This document shows, piece by piece, positions 23,358-32,397 of a stretch of DNA of 64,000 nt. Numbering within the stretch: the first letter of the stretch is position 1; every line of letters begins with the position of its first letter. Under the pieces are notes generated by a model. The model searched no databases. It saw nothing but the letters and a program-made list of their open reading frames with translations, and had not been told where the DNA came from. The stretch lies in contig CASGHD010000029.1 in the NCBI GenBank assembly GCA_949319575.1, forward strand, positions 2,977 to 66,976, in the 5' to 3' direction. The position numbers were made by a program, and so were the translations under genes. Source of the stretch: an uncultured Anaerolineales bacterium (lineage in GTDB: Bacteria > Chloroflexota > Anaerolineae > Anaerolineales > Villigracilaceae).

Positions 23358-25370
23358 TTATGAATAGTTGAACTGTATCGATTGCCGATTGGCGGGGAGG
23401 ATTAGTTGCGCGTATTCCACGCCGCCAAGTACTAGACGGGTTTTGGCGGAAGTGGGTACACCGTCCACCGTGACCGCGGAAAGTTGTTTCCCATTGTGGA
23501 GCGCGGGGAGCAGAACCGTCAGCGTGGATAAAGGCTGGGTGGGCGGAACCAGTTCGCACGTCAGGGAAGAAGCGCCCGCATCCCAGTTCACATTCTCAAA
23601 GTTGGAGTCATGCCGGGCATCCGTAAACCACAGCCACTCTTGGGCGGAAAGAATCGGCACGCCGAGTTCGTTGGCATAGTCCAGCGCGCCTTCCAAAAAG
23701 ATGCGCCCCGACTTTGCCGGGTCGCCGCCGAGTTGGAAGGGATCGACATGGAATTGCCCGGTGATGGCGCAGTAATCGCCAAACTTGACCGAGCGATCAA
23801 GCAAATACTTTGAAACTTCAACCGTCTCTTGCGCGCTCAAGCCGGCGTAGCCGCCCCACTCCGGCACGTCCATGGGGATGTTGTGCTCATCGGTGACTTG
23901 CGTGAGTTGCTGATAGAGGTCGATGATATGCCCCTGCTCGTCGATGAATTTCATTGGGCGGCCACTGCCGGTGAGGTGACCATTTACCCACGCGCCGTTT
24001 GGCATCTGCATAGACGGACCGACATGATAATAATCAAAGTTCATGCGCATCCCGCGCATGGCTTGCGCGCGGGCGGTTTCCATCCAGCCCGTCCACAAGA
24101 CGCGATGCGTGCGAACGGTTTGCGAAACGGGGCCATAGCCGCGCCCGGTAAATTCCTTCCAATATAACTGCCATTCATCAAGCCCGGTTTCAACATACGG
24201 GTGCATTGCGATCTCATGCCCGCGCGCGCGCCAGGATTCTACGAGAGCGGGCGTGGGCGAGCCGAATTCTTCGCCAAGCGCGTTGGAGATCACTGGCACG
24301 TTGTCGGTCAGCCAGAAACGAGTCCAGCGGGCGGCGCGTCCAATATCGTTCACGATCTGCGGGGCGTAATACACGGTCATGTGTCCGCCGCGATCATCCA
24401 CGATCTTCAACACCTCTTCGATAAACGGAACGGGATTGCTGTGCGAATCGCCGGTGGCGATCAACACCGATTTTTTATCCTCCGGGAAATACCACAAACG
24501 CGGCAACGGTCGTTTGCTCAAGTATGCCAGCGTATTCACGAGCATGCGTTGTTGCTCATCGGCTTGCGGAATTTGAATCCGCTCGAGGTCGATCCAACCC
24601 ACGAACATATCCACCGTGCGCGCGCCGTTCAGTCCGTCCAAATCCTGGTTCGCAAGCGCGGGGTTTCCCTGTCGCATGTACGCGATACTCTTTGCCAGGT
24701 CGAACGCGTATGCCACCGCGACGCCATCGCCGAATTGATTCATCGTGATCGCAGGTTTTCCATATGGGGCATGTTTCGTAAATAGCCACGCCAGCCCCTC
24801 GCCGCCAGTGAGCGCGTATAAATCTGCCGCCCCATGATATTGAAGCGACAGCGGATTACTGCCAGCATTTACAGGATGAGCGGAGTCATAAAGAAGGTAT
24901 TCATCGGATAACGAGCCTGCGTTTCTTTCCCAGCCGAAAATTGATTCAAACCCCGCGGCCGGTTTCAAACTGACAAGCCCCCCGCCGTTGAATACGTAGC
25001 CTTCGAACATTTCGATCTGTGAGGCGGTCAGCGGAGTCTCTGCCAGTAGGATCACATCGTACGCGCCGATCACCTCCGCGGACAGCGAGGCTAACGTCGC
25101 CAGGTGAAAACAATTGACTCCCTCCGCGCGCAGGATCTCGGTGAGGAAGAGTCCAAACTTGTTTTCCGCGTCAGGGTTCACAACGACGAGGATCGGGACC
25201 GAGCCGTCCAACTCTGCCGTAAACAGACTGCCCGGTTTAACGTACGGATTCCGCTCCACGATAGGGTCGCCATTCGATTCGCGTAGCGCGCCATAGCCCA
25301 GGGCGGCAGTTACCGCCGCGCCTGCGCCAGCCAGTTTGAGAAAGTCTCTGCGAGTGATTTTTTGTTTCAT
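23358..25370 (-). CDS. Tat-signal exported protein of unknown function (possible glycan-processing enzyme)
   Basis: Twin-arginine signal MKQKITRRDFLKLAGAGAAVTAAL; 670 aa. No motif I can assign with confidence. Confidence 0.75.
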   Translation of the reverse strand: MKQKITRRDFLKLAGAGAAVTAALGYGALRESNGDPIVERNPYVKPGSLFTAELDGSVPILVVVNPDAENKFGLFLTEILRAEGVNCFHLATLASLSAEVIGAYDVILLAETPLTASQIEMFEGYVFNGGGLVSLKPAAGFESIFGWERNAGSLSDEYLLYDSAHPVNAGSNPLSLQYHGAADLYALTGGEGLAWLFTKHAPYGKPAITMNQFGDGVAVAYAFDLAKSIAYMRQGNPALANQDLDGLNGARTVDMFVGWIDLERIQIPQADEQQRMLVNTLAYLSKRPLPRLWYFPEDKKSVLIATGDSHSNPVPFIEEVLKIVDDRGGHMTVYYAPQIVNDIGRAARWTRFWLTDNVPVISNALGEEFGSPTPALVESWRARGHEIAMHPYVETGLDEWQLYWKEFTGRGYGPVSQTVRTHRVLWTGWMETARAQAMRGMRMNFDYYHVGPSMQMPNGAWVNGHLTGSGRPMKFIDEQGHIIDLYQQLTQVTDEHNIPMDVPEWGGYAGLSAQETVEVSKYLLDRSVKFGDYCAITGQFHVDPFQLGGDPAKSGRIFLEGALDYANELGVPILSAQEWLWFTDARHDSNFENVNWDAGASSLTCELVPPTQPLSTLTVLLPALHNGKQLSAVTVDGVPTSAKTRLVLGGVEYAQLILPANRQSIQFNYS

Positions 25371-25383
25371 AGGTTTTAAGAAG

Positions 25384-25454
25384 GTGTCACCTTGAGCGGG
25401 GCGAAGGGTCTCTAGTGCAGCGGTAGAGATGCTTTGCTATCGCTCAGCATGACA
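25384..25454. repeat. Imperfect palindromic intergenic element (TGTCAyyyTGAGCG ... CGCTCAGCATGACA family)
   Basis: tgtcaccttgagcggggcgaagggtctct / agagatgctttgctatcgctcagcatgaca. Shares the 12-mer gcgaagggtctc with 29222-29314. Confidence 0.6.
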
Positions 25455-25464
25455 ATAATAAGGC

Positions 25465-27309
25465 TTACTTAAAAATCGGCGCTCCGACCATTTCCTCAAG
25501 ATAGGATTTGGACGCATCGAGCGCGGTTGCCGAAGCCGGGTCGTCAGCAAGGTTATTCGTCTCCTGCGGATCGTCCCTCCAATTGTAGAGCGCTTCGCCG
25601 AACTCTTCATGGACCATGTACTGCAATTGATCGCCCACCACCGATTTCATCTCTCCATAGGTTGTGGGGTTTTGTTCCGCCGCGCCGGCAAATTGCGCCA
25701 CCTCCGAAATGGGTTGCGCCCACCCCGGGGGAACATTTCCGCCGAATAATTTCGTCAGCGGCTGTGAGGGGAATGTGCCGTCGTTGGCATCCAGTAATTG
25801 CAGGATCGTGGAAGGCAATGCGGTAGTGGAAACGGGCGTGTCGATCACCCTGCCCTCCGGCATCCCTGCCCCCCACACGATCAGCGGCACGTGAATCTCC
25901 TGCCGGTATAGCGACGCGCTGTGCTGGAGCAGTCCATGCTCGCCAAGCGACTCGCCGTGATCGGAGGTGATGATGACGATGGTATTCTCCAACTCGCCGC
26001 GCGACTCAAGTTCAGCAAAAAGATTTTTGATCTGGTCATCCACATAGTTGATCGAGCCATCGTACGCGTCAATTTCGGATTGCAGTTGTTCGGGCGTCAA
26101 GTCAGGGTGGTAACGTTCCACGAAGCCGTTGATCAGCCCGCCCTGCGTCTGACCGTATTTGCTGAGGTAGGGTTCGGGCGGCGTGTATGGGTCATGCGCG
26201 TCAAAGTAGTTGATAAACATGAAAAACGGTTTATCACTTTGATCCATCCATTCCAACGCCGATTGATTAATATCCGGCGCAAGCCTGCGCGTGGGAACGC
26301 CTTCGTAGTTCAAGGCTTTGCGCAAACCGTAATAATCGAAGAGATAGCCATATAACGATGAATTGAGGAACGCATCGGGCGCCGACTGGTAATTATCTTC
26401 AAAATGCAGGAAGCCGCGACCGAATCCCTGGCGGCGGGTGAAGAATAACGTGTTCGCCGAGAATGCTCCTGTCCGATAACCATTCGCCTGCATCACTTCG
26501 CCAATCGTCGGATAGGTATCACCCAACGGTTGCGTTTCGGCTTGGTGTTCGTAGGTGTATCGTCCCGTCAACATGGAGGCGTGTGAGGGCTGGGTCCACG
26601 AGGAGGGCGAGATCGCATTCTCAAAGCGGACGCCCTGCGCGGCGAGGCTGTCGATGAACGGGCTGGTCTCACGCGAATATCCATACGAGGAAAGATGATC
26701 GGCGCGCAATGTGTCTACGACGATGACGATCACGTTCGGCGCGTCGACACTGTCTTTCAACTGGGAGGTTTTTAGTTTTTCGTGCGCCCATCCGCCGCCT
26801 TGAACGATAACGAAGATCGCGATTGCCGTTCCTGCAAGCCATTTCAAAATGCGTGGGATTTTTTGTGTAATGGCTTGTTCCCGTTTGGATAACACATTGA
26901 ACACTTGAACGCTTGCTCCCGCCGCTAAAATCAAAATCGGCAACAGGGAGATACGTCCAAAGAGGATGATGAAGACCCAATCGAATACGGCAAGGAATGA
27001 AAAGAGAAACAGGCTGAGTTTTCTGACTGGGGTTTTCTTTCGCAACGGGAAGCCAATGAGCGACAGAGCGAACCCCGCCAGTGAAAACAGGATCACGTCC
27101 ACCAGCGGCGCGATCCACAGCGTTTCATACCAATAGGCGCGGTTTTGCAGTCGCCACGTCAGCAGTTCGAGTTGATGCAAGCCGAAGAGCAGGATGCCCT
27201 CCACCAACCCGGTGATGAGACCGAAGGCGGCAGAAAGCATGAGTGTTTTCTTTGCAAAGTCTTTGAAGGTGTCGTTCACTGGTGATCTCAGGAAAATGTA
27301 ACGCGACAT
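25465..27309 (-). CDS. Membrane-anchored alkaline-phosphatase-superfamily (sulfatase/LtaS/EptA-like) enzyme, Thr-type active site
   Basis: N-terminal ~5 TM. NVIVIVVDTLRADHLSSYGY, WTQPSHASMLTG (TxPxH in place of the sulfatase CxPxR), ITSDHGESLGEHG. Confidence 0.85.
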   Translation of the reverse strand: MSRYIFLRSPVNDTFKDFAKKTLMLSAAFGLITGLVEGILLFGLHQLELLTWRLQNRAYWYETLWIAPLVDVILFSLAGFALSLIGFPLRKKTPVRKLSLFLFSFLAVFDWVFIILFGRISLLPILILAAGASVQVFNVLSKREQAITQKIPRILKWLAGTAIAIFVIVQGGGWAHEKLKTSQLKDSVDAPNVIVIVVDTLRADHLSSYGYSRETSPFIDSLAAQGVRFENAISPSSWTQPSHASMLTGRYTYEHQAETQPLGDTYPTIGEVMQANGYRTGAFSANTLFFTRRQGFGRGFLHFEDNYQSAPDAFLNSSLYGYLFDYYGLRKALNYEGVPTRRLAPDINQSALEWMDQSDKPFFMFINYFDAHDPYTPPEPYLSKYGQTQGGLINGFVERYHPDLTPEQLQSEIDAYDGSINYVDDQIKNLFAELESRGELENTIVIITSDHGESLGEHGLLQHSASLYRQEIHVPLIVWGAGMPEGRVIDTPVSTTALPSTILQLLDANDGTFPSQPLTKLFGGNVPPGWAQPISEVAQFAGAAEQNPTTYGEMKSVVGDQLQYMVHEEFGEALYNWRDDPQETNNLADDPASATALDASKSYLEEMVGAPIFK

Positions 27310-27362
27310 TTATGTCGCCCTTGCAACATGCGAGACGCTACGCAGTCTCGCGTTACGGGTTG

Positions 27363-29207
27363 TTATTTGTTATCGTAGGGCCAGGTCATGCCAAGCTTGG
27401 AAAGCAGATCGAGATAATAATTCTTGAGTTCGTCCAGCGCGGCGGGATTCTCGCCGGCAAGATTATTTTCCTGATTCGGGTCATCCGCCAAACTGTACAA
27501 CTCCACGCCGTTAAACTCATGCGCGATGAACTGCCACTTGGGGGAGATCACGCTGACCATATCGCCTCGAATCGACAAGTGATTCGGGTTCACCCAACTC
27601 GACTCTGCCATCTCTGCGATGGGGTCGGGGAAGCCCGCCGCGGAGGCTGGGTCAACCCACAATTGGGAAAGAGGCGGGCCAGGGAAGGTGGTCTGCTCCG
27701 GTTCGCCGAGCATATCCAATAACATGGCGGGGATAAAGGTGTTCGACACCGGCGTATCGATCCGCATATTCTGCGGCACAGATTTCGGATACCACACGAT
27801 CAACGGCACGTGGATGACCGGCTTGTATAACGAGTTGTGATGTTCCCACAAGCCGTGCTCGCCGAACAATTCGCCATGATCGGAGGTGATGACGACGATG
27901 GTGTTATCGAGTTTGCCGCGCGACTCCAGTTCCTTCAACAGCGCGTCGATCTGCTGGTCGGTGTAATCGATGCCGCCGTCGTAGGCGTCGATCTCGCCTT
28001 GAACTTGCTCGGGCGTTTTGGGGTTGTAAATATCGGCAGTCGTCCAATCGGTGTTGACGAGTCCGCCGGGGTTGGGGAGGTTGGAAAATTTCGCGCGTTC
28101 CGGTGAAATGTACGGCGCGTGCGCGTCGTAGTAATTGACAAAGGCAAAGAACGGCTTGCTATCGTCCTGCTCGATCCAATCCAATGCCGATCGGTTGACG
28201 CTTGGGCCCCAGCGGCGGTCGATGGAAAATTCCATATTGAAGACTTTATGGAGAACATAGTATTCGATGAAACGACCATACACAGAACTGACCGCCAGTT
28301 GCGGCAGGGTCTGGTAATAATCTTCAAAATGGAGAAAGCCGCGCCCAAACCCCCAGTGGCTGGTGACCGTTTCAAAATTGCCGTTGAACGCGCCCGCGCG
28401 ATAGCCGCGTTGGGTCAGCGCTTCGGCAATGGTGGGATAGGTCTCATCGAGGTAACGCCCGCCATCGGCTTTGTGTTCGTAGGGCCAGCGACCGGTGAAG
28501 AGTGAGGCGTGCGAGGTCAGAGTCCATGAGGAGGCGGCGTAGGCGTTTTCAAACATCACGCCTTCGGAGGCGATGCGCTTGAGTGTGGGGTCGGTCTCGC
28601 GCTCGTACCCTTGAAGCGACAAATGGTCGGCGCGAACGGTGTCCATCACGATCACTAAAACGTTCGGGGTTGATTCATTCGCCTGAGGCAGGTTGCTTGT
28701 TGCAACACGTTCCTGAATCCAAAAGCCGCCTTGAATGAGGACGAACAATGCCAGCGTTACGCCGGCAAATATTTTAAAAGTTCGTTGCGCAAACGACGCA
28801 AATCGGTTCTCACGCGCAAAAATGACCGTAGATATTTGATAGCCGATGCCCGCGCCAAGGATCGCTGTGGCGGCGGGATTCAACCTGCCGGAAAGGTATA
28901 TCAGCAACCAAGCGAAAAACGCCAGAAAACAGAAAACAAAGAAGACCGCCTGCTTTGCCAACTTTTGCGGCAGAAATTGAGCAACGACCGCCACACCCAC
29001 GCCCGCAAGCAAAAAGAACAACGCGTCGAAGACCGGCGCGACCCATAACACTTGTGGCCCTGAGCCGAGGTAGGTGATCTGTCCGCGCAGGAGTTCGTAT
29101 CGTTGCATCGCGTACAAGAATACGCCTTCCACCAGCCCGGTGACAATGCCAAACCACAATGCGTATTGGAGGATTTCACTTGCAAATTGTTTGTCGAATT
29201 TTTTCAT
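27363..29207 (-). CDS. Membrane-anchored alkaline-phosphatase-superfamily enzyme, tandem paralogue (also 614 aa)
   Basis: NVLVIVMDTVRADHLSLQGY, WTLTSHASLFTG, ITSDHGELFGEHG. Same TM architecture as 25465-27309. Confidence 0.85.
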   Translation of the reverse strand: MKKFDKQFASEILQYALWFGIVTGLVEGVFLYAMQRYELLRGQITYLGSGPQVLWVAPVFDALFFLLAGVGVAVVAQFLPQKLAKQAVFFVFCFLAFFAWLLIYLSGRLNPAATAILGAGIGYQISTVIFARENRFASFAQRTFKIFAGVTLALFVLIQGGFWIQERVATSNLPQANESTPNVLVIVMDTVRADHLSLQGYERETDPTLKRIASEGVMFENAYAASSWTLTSHASLFTGRWPYEHKADGGRYLDETYPTIAEALTQRGYRAGAFNGNFETVTSHWGFGRGFLHFEDYYQTLPQLAVSSVYGRFIEYYVLHKVFNMEFSIDRRWGPSVNRSALDWIEQDDSKPFFAFVNYYDAHAPYISPERAKFSNLPNPGGLVNTDWTTADIYNPKTPEQVQGEIDAYDGGIDYTDQQIDALLKELESRGKLDNTIVVITSDHGELFGEHGLWEHHNSLYKPVIHVPLIVWYPKSVPQNMRIDTPVSNTFIPAMLLDMLGEPEQTTFPGPPLSQLWVDPASAAGFPDPIAEMAESSWVNPNHLSIRGDMVSVISPKWQFIAHEFNGVELYSLADDPNQENNLAGENPAALDELKNYYLDLLSKLGMTWPYDNK

Positions 29208-29221
29208 GGAGGTTGCTCATC

Positions 29222-29314
29222 GTGCCACTCTGAGTCCTGCAACAGGTTCAGGATAAACTCCGCGAAGGGTCTCCATGATAGTCTCAGGGATTCTTCGCTT
29301 CGCTCAGAATGACA
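29222..29314. repeat. Intergenic element of the GTCATTCTGAGCG family
   Basis: The right arm is the reverse complement of tgtcattctgagcgaagcgaagaatccctgaga. The left part carries gccactctgag and gcgaagggtctc. Confidence 0.55.
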
Positions 29315-29319
29315 ATCGA

Positions 29320-29934
29320 TTAGATATATCCCAACCCGCTTAAGCGTTCGCGGAGCATCGCCTGTTCGTCATCGGATAAGCCGGAGGAACGGTTCAATTC
29401 CATGCCTGCCACCCACGACTTCCCCTCGATGTTCGCAGGCAACGGGTAGCCCGCCAATTCCAACACGGTCGGCGTGAGGTCGAGCGAGGAACCATCCTGG
29501 TACCCCGTGATCGGATTGCTCGACGCGACGAGCACAAAACACAACTCCCCCACCACTAGAATCAGGGTGTCGTCGCTCAAATGCTGGAGGGCGTCGCCCA
29601 AGCCGCGGTCGAAGTCAAGGTATTGGTCGGCGGACCCGCCGTCAATGGGGAAAGAGGCGTTGAGTTGACAGCCATCCCAGTCACCGAATGCAAGTTTCGA
29701 GTTCAACGCGGCAACATCGTCGAACATCGCAACATCTTTCCCCGCTTGCGCGAGGAATTCGGCGAGCGTCAATGTATGCGCTTCGTGGCGCGCCAGCACG
29801 TTCCATTCGCGCGGGTCGCCCTCGAGTTCGCCGAAACATCCCATATCCATCAGGCGGCGCAGGTTTTCGAGCCGCTCATCGGCGAGCAACATGGCGCGTT
29901 TTGCGCCCTGCAAGTTAAACGCTAAAATCTTCAT
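29320..29934 (-). CDS. Short, apparently catalytically degenerate alkaline-phosphatase-family paralogue
   Basis: MKILAFNLQGA replaces the GLDG metal site and LILVVGELCF replaces the SDHG box. The C-terminal LDLTPTVLELAGYPLP block is retained. ATGA overlap with the upstream gene. Confidence 0.7.
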   Translation of the reverse strand: MKILAFNLQGAKRAMLLADERLENLRRLMDMGCFGELEGDPREWNVLARHEAHTLTLAEFLAQAGKDVAMFDDVAALNSKLAFGDWDGCQLNASFPIDGGSADQYLDFDRGLGDALQHLSDDTLILVVGELCFVLVASSNPITGYQDGSSLDLTPTVLELAGYPLPANIEGKSWVAGMELNRSSGLSDDEQAMLRERLSGLGYI

Positions 29935-31769
29935 GATATTAAATCGCTTCCTTCCATGGCGTCGCCCTTCGCGACACCGAGCGCGTTGAGAATGGTCGGC
30001 GCAAGGTCCATCAAACCTGGAGACTCGGCGCTGAATTTTTTATTCATGAACAAAATGCCCGAAGCCAGCGCGGGATCGATCACATGATCGCCGCCCCACT
30101 TCTTCGTGTTATCGGCGAACAACCCGCGCGGAACCCCGCCCAGCGGCGTGTCCCACGAGACGCGATAGCCTTCGGAAAAATTGACGATGAGGTCGGGCGC
30201 TTCGCTCGCATACGGACCGCGATAGACTTCTTCGCTTCGCGCCACCGTGCGAACTGCCACGGCTCCCCGGTCTGAGTCTACCAACCCGGTCAACCCCTTG
30301 ACGATACCCTCCCGCACAGACTCCATCTCCCCATCCGTGACGATGCCATTGGCTTCGCGTCCTTTGCGATTGAGGAAGATGCAACCCAGACCCAATGAAA
30401 AGGCTTTGGTCTTGTCCCAGTCCACGTTCTGGAAGAAGTCGCCGCTCTCGCCCGGCTTGAAACCAGATTTCAATGCGAGGAAATCATTGTCGTGCAACCA
30501 CGTGTTGAGATTCAATCCGCGCTGGAACGAGTTCATGCCATGATCGCTCAACACGATGAAGAGCGTCTCGGGGTCGGCGCGCTTCATCGCCTCGCCGACA
30601 ATTTCGTCGCACTCGCGATAATGTTCCTCGATCACTTTGGCATAGCGCGAAACATCTTCGCCCTTGTTGGCGGGGTGATTTGGCTCCGTGAAGCGCCAGA
30701 ACATGTGCGCCAATCGGTCGGGCGTATCGAACAGGCAGAAGAAAAATCCTTTTTGGAACCTGCCTAATTCAAATTCCATCATCTTGCGGCGCTCGCGCAA
30801 CACGGTGCGGCATTGGTCGAGATACGAGGCTTCATCGAAGCGCTCATTGTTCAAACCGTCGTGGTCTTCCGCCATGCCGGCGGTGTAATACCGCCCGATC
30901 TTCATTGCCAGGTCGTGGGCATATTCCTGCGGCGAACTGATCGGGAACAACGGTTCTTCGGTCTCGAAATTGACCGGCGACGCGTACAACTCAAACTCGG
31001 GTTCGAGCTGGCGCAAATTGAATCGCACAATGCCCGACACGGTTTGCATCATCCCAACTTTGAACTTGACCTTGAGCCACTTGCTCCATTTGCCCAAACT
31101 CACTTCGAGTTTGTCGGGCTGTCCCTGCGAGGTGATGATGATCTTATCTTCGGACTGTTGTATTTCGACAGTGATGTCGAACTTGTGATCAGACTTCGTC
31201 TTCGGGTCGCGCGGACCGATGACATGCGTCGCCACCCTGCCATCTGCCACGCTGACGTTGACCGCCTTTTCGCTCGACTCGCCGTGAATATCTTTGCGCG
31301 TGGAGTAAAACGTGGGCGTGCCAAATCCGCCGCGCAGGTCGGGGACGCCGACACCGGAGAGCATTCGTCCCTTCACTTTGTCCGGCGGGTAGGCGCAGGG
31401 AATTCGCAGGATGGTCGATTCCACATCCTTTGCCGAGAGCAAATCCCAGAACGGAGTCCCGCGCCGCATGTTGACCACCTTGGGCAAAACGAACGCGTTC
31501 TTCTGCTCGTAACGGCTCAAGGCCATCAGCGGCAGGTAGGTTTTCGCGTCGCGGGTGAGGAAGTCGAAGATGCCGTGTCCGCCGGGGTTGGCGCCGGTTG
31601 AGAAGGTGGACCAAGCCACAGGCGTTTGGGCGGAGGCGGTGGTTTTGAGTCGCGAATATCCGCCTTGCTCGCGCAGCCGCATCAAGTTGGGGAGTTCACC
31701 GCGAGCCATCATGGATTCGGCGATCTTCGGCTCGAATCCATCCAGCCCGATGACAATGACCTTTTTCAT
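29931..31769 (-). CDS. Type I phosphodiesterase / nucleotide pyrophosphatase (alkaline phosphatase family)
   Basis: VIGLDGFEP, TASAQTPVAWSTFSTG (Thr nucleophile context), FIVLSDHGMNSF, GGDHV. Confidence 0.85.
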   Translation of the reverse strand: MKKVIVIGLDGFEPKIAESMMARGELPNLMRLREQGGYSRLKTTASAQTPVAWSTFSTGANPGGHGIFDFLTRDAKTYLPLMALSRYEQKNAFVLPKVVNMRRGTPFWDLLSAKDVESTILRIPCAYPPDKVKGRMLSGVGVPDLRGGFGTPTFYSTRKDIHGESSEKAVNVSVADGRVATHVIGPRDPKTKSDHKFDITVEIQQSEDKIIITSQGQPDKLEVSLGKWSKWLKVKFKVGMMQTVSGIVRFNLRQLEPEFELYASPVNFETEEPLFPISSPQEYAHDLAMKIGRYYTAGMAEDHDGLNNERFDEASYLDQCRTVLRERRKMMEFELGRFQKGFFFCLFDTPDRLAHMFWRFTEPNHPANKGEDVSRYAKVIEEHYRECDEIVGEAMKRADPETLFIVLSDHGMNSFQRGLNLNTWLHDNDFLALKSGFKPGESGDFFQNVDWDKTKAFSLGLGCIFLNRKGREANGIVTDGEMESVREGIVKGLTGLVDSDRGAVAVRTVARSEEVYRGPYASEAPDLIVNFSEGYRVSWDTPLGGVPRGLFADNTKKWGGDHVIDPALASGILFMNKKFSAESPGLMDLAPTILNALGVAKGDAMEGSDLIS

Positions 31770-31780
31770 CGGCGAAAAAA

Positions 31781-32041
31781 TTATTGCTCTCGTTTTTCTT
31801 CAGCGGCTTCTTCAATTTCCACATCCGGGGGAAGTTCTTCCGGAATGCCGCGCGCCTTGCGATACGCCTTCTTCACGAATTTGACGATCACTCGCCAGAA
31901 CATGAGGAAGAAGCCCGCAATTGCCGCCAGCACGGAGGCGATGGGCATGAGGGTTTCAGGTCCCAAATAACCGCGCCCTTGAACCGGGTCTGAAAGCCCC
32001 ATCAGGGTGAGGAGTCGGGTAAATCGGAAAGTTGGATTCAT
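31781..32041 (-). CDS. Small single-TM membrane protein
   Basis: 86 aa with TM IASVLAAIAGFFLMFW and an acidic tail. It ends 11 nt upstream of the next gene, with AAGGAA before its ATG. Confidence 0.5.
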   Translation of the reverse strand: MNPTFRFTRLLTLMGLSDPVQGRGYLGPETLMPIASVLAAIAGFFLMFWRVIVKFVKKAYRKARGIPEELPPDVEIEEAAEEKREQ

Positions 32042-32177
32042 GTTTGTATTCCTTTCTTTTTTGTGTCACTTGTGAAAGTCGTTTTGCCGCCGAGAACACA
32101 CTGTTCGTGCCGCGAGCGCGTCGGCGCGAGACGGCCGAGAAAAAAGATCATTTCTCAGTAACTACTCAGCCTCGGAA

Positions 32178-32322
32178 CATGTCGCTGCGAGGCGCTCTTG
32201 GTTTCGACGAAGCAGTCTCCCCAGGCCGGGAGATTGCTTCCCTTCGACAGGCTCAGGACAGGCGTCGGGACCCCGAAAAAACATCGGGGCAGGCGAGCAA
32301 AAGCCCTCCTCGCAACGACATG
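32178..32322. repeat. ~145-nt long-hairpin intergenic element (CATGTCGCTGCGAGG ... CCTCGCAACGACATG)
   Basis: The 15-nt terminal arms are complementary at 14/15 positions. The interior contains gagattgcttcccttcgacaggctcaggac, a motif style common in bacterial REP/MITE-like repeats. Confidence 0.6.
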
Positions 32323-32397
32323 CCTGAGCAGTTACATTTCTCAACGGTCTCTGTGGACTCTGTGGCTGAGTGTGAGACACGCTTGCAAGAAGTCAAT

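Noticed and set aside
25465-29207. Annotating the two 614-aa proteins as sulfatases that would partner with the sulfotransferase.
   Set aside because: The formylglycine consensus CxPxR is replaced by TxPxH/TxTxH in both, so a true sulfatase mechanism is unlikely. They are called Thr-type alkaline-phosphatase-superfamily transferases/hydrolases instead.
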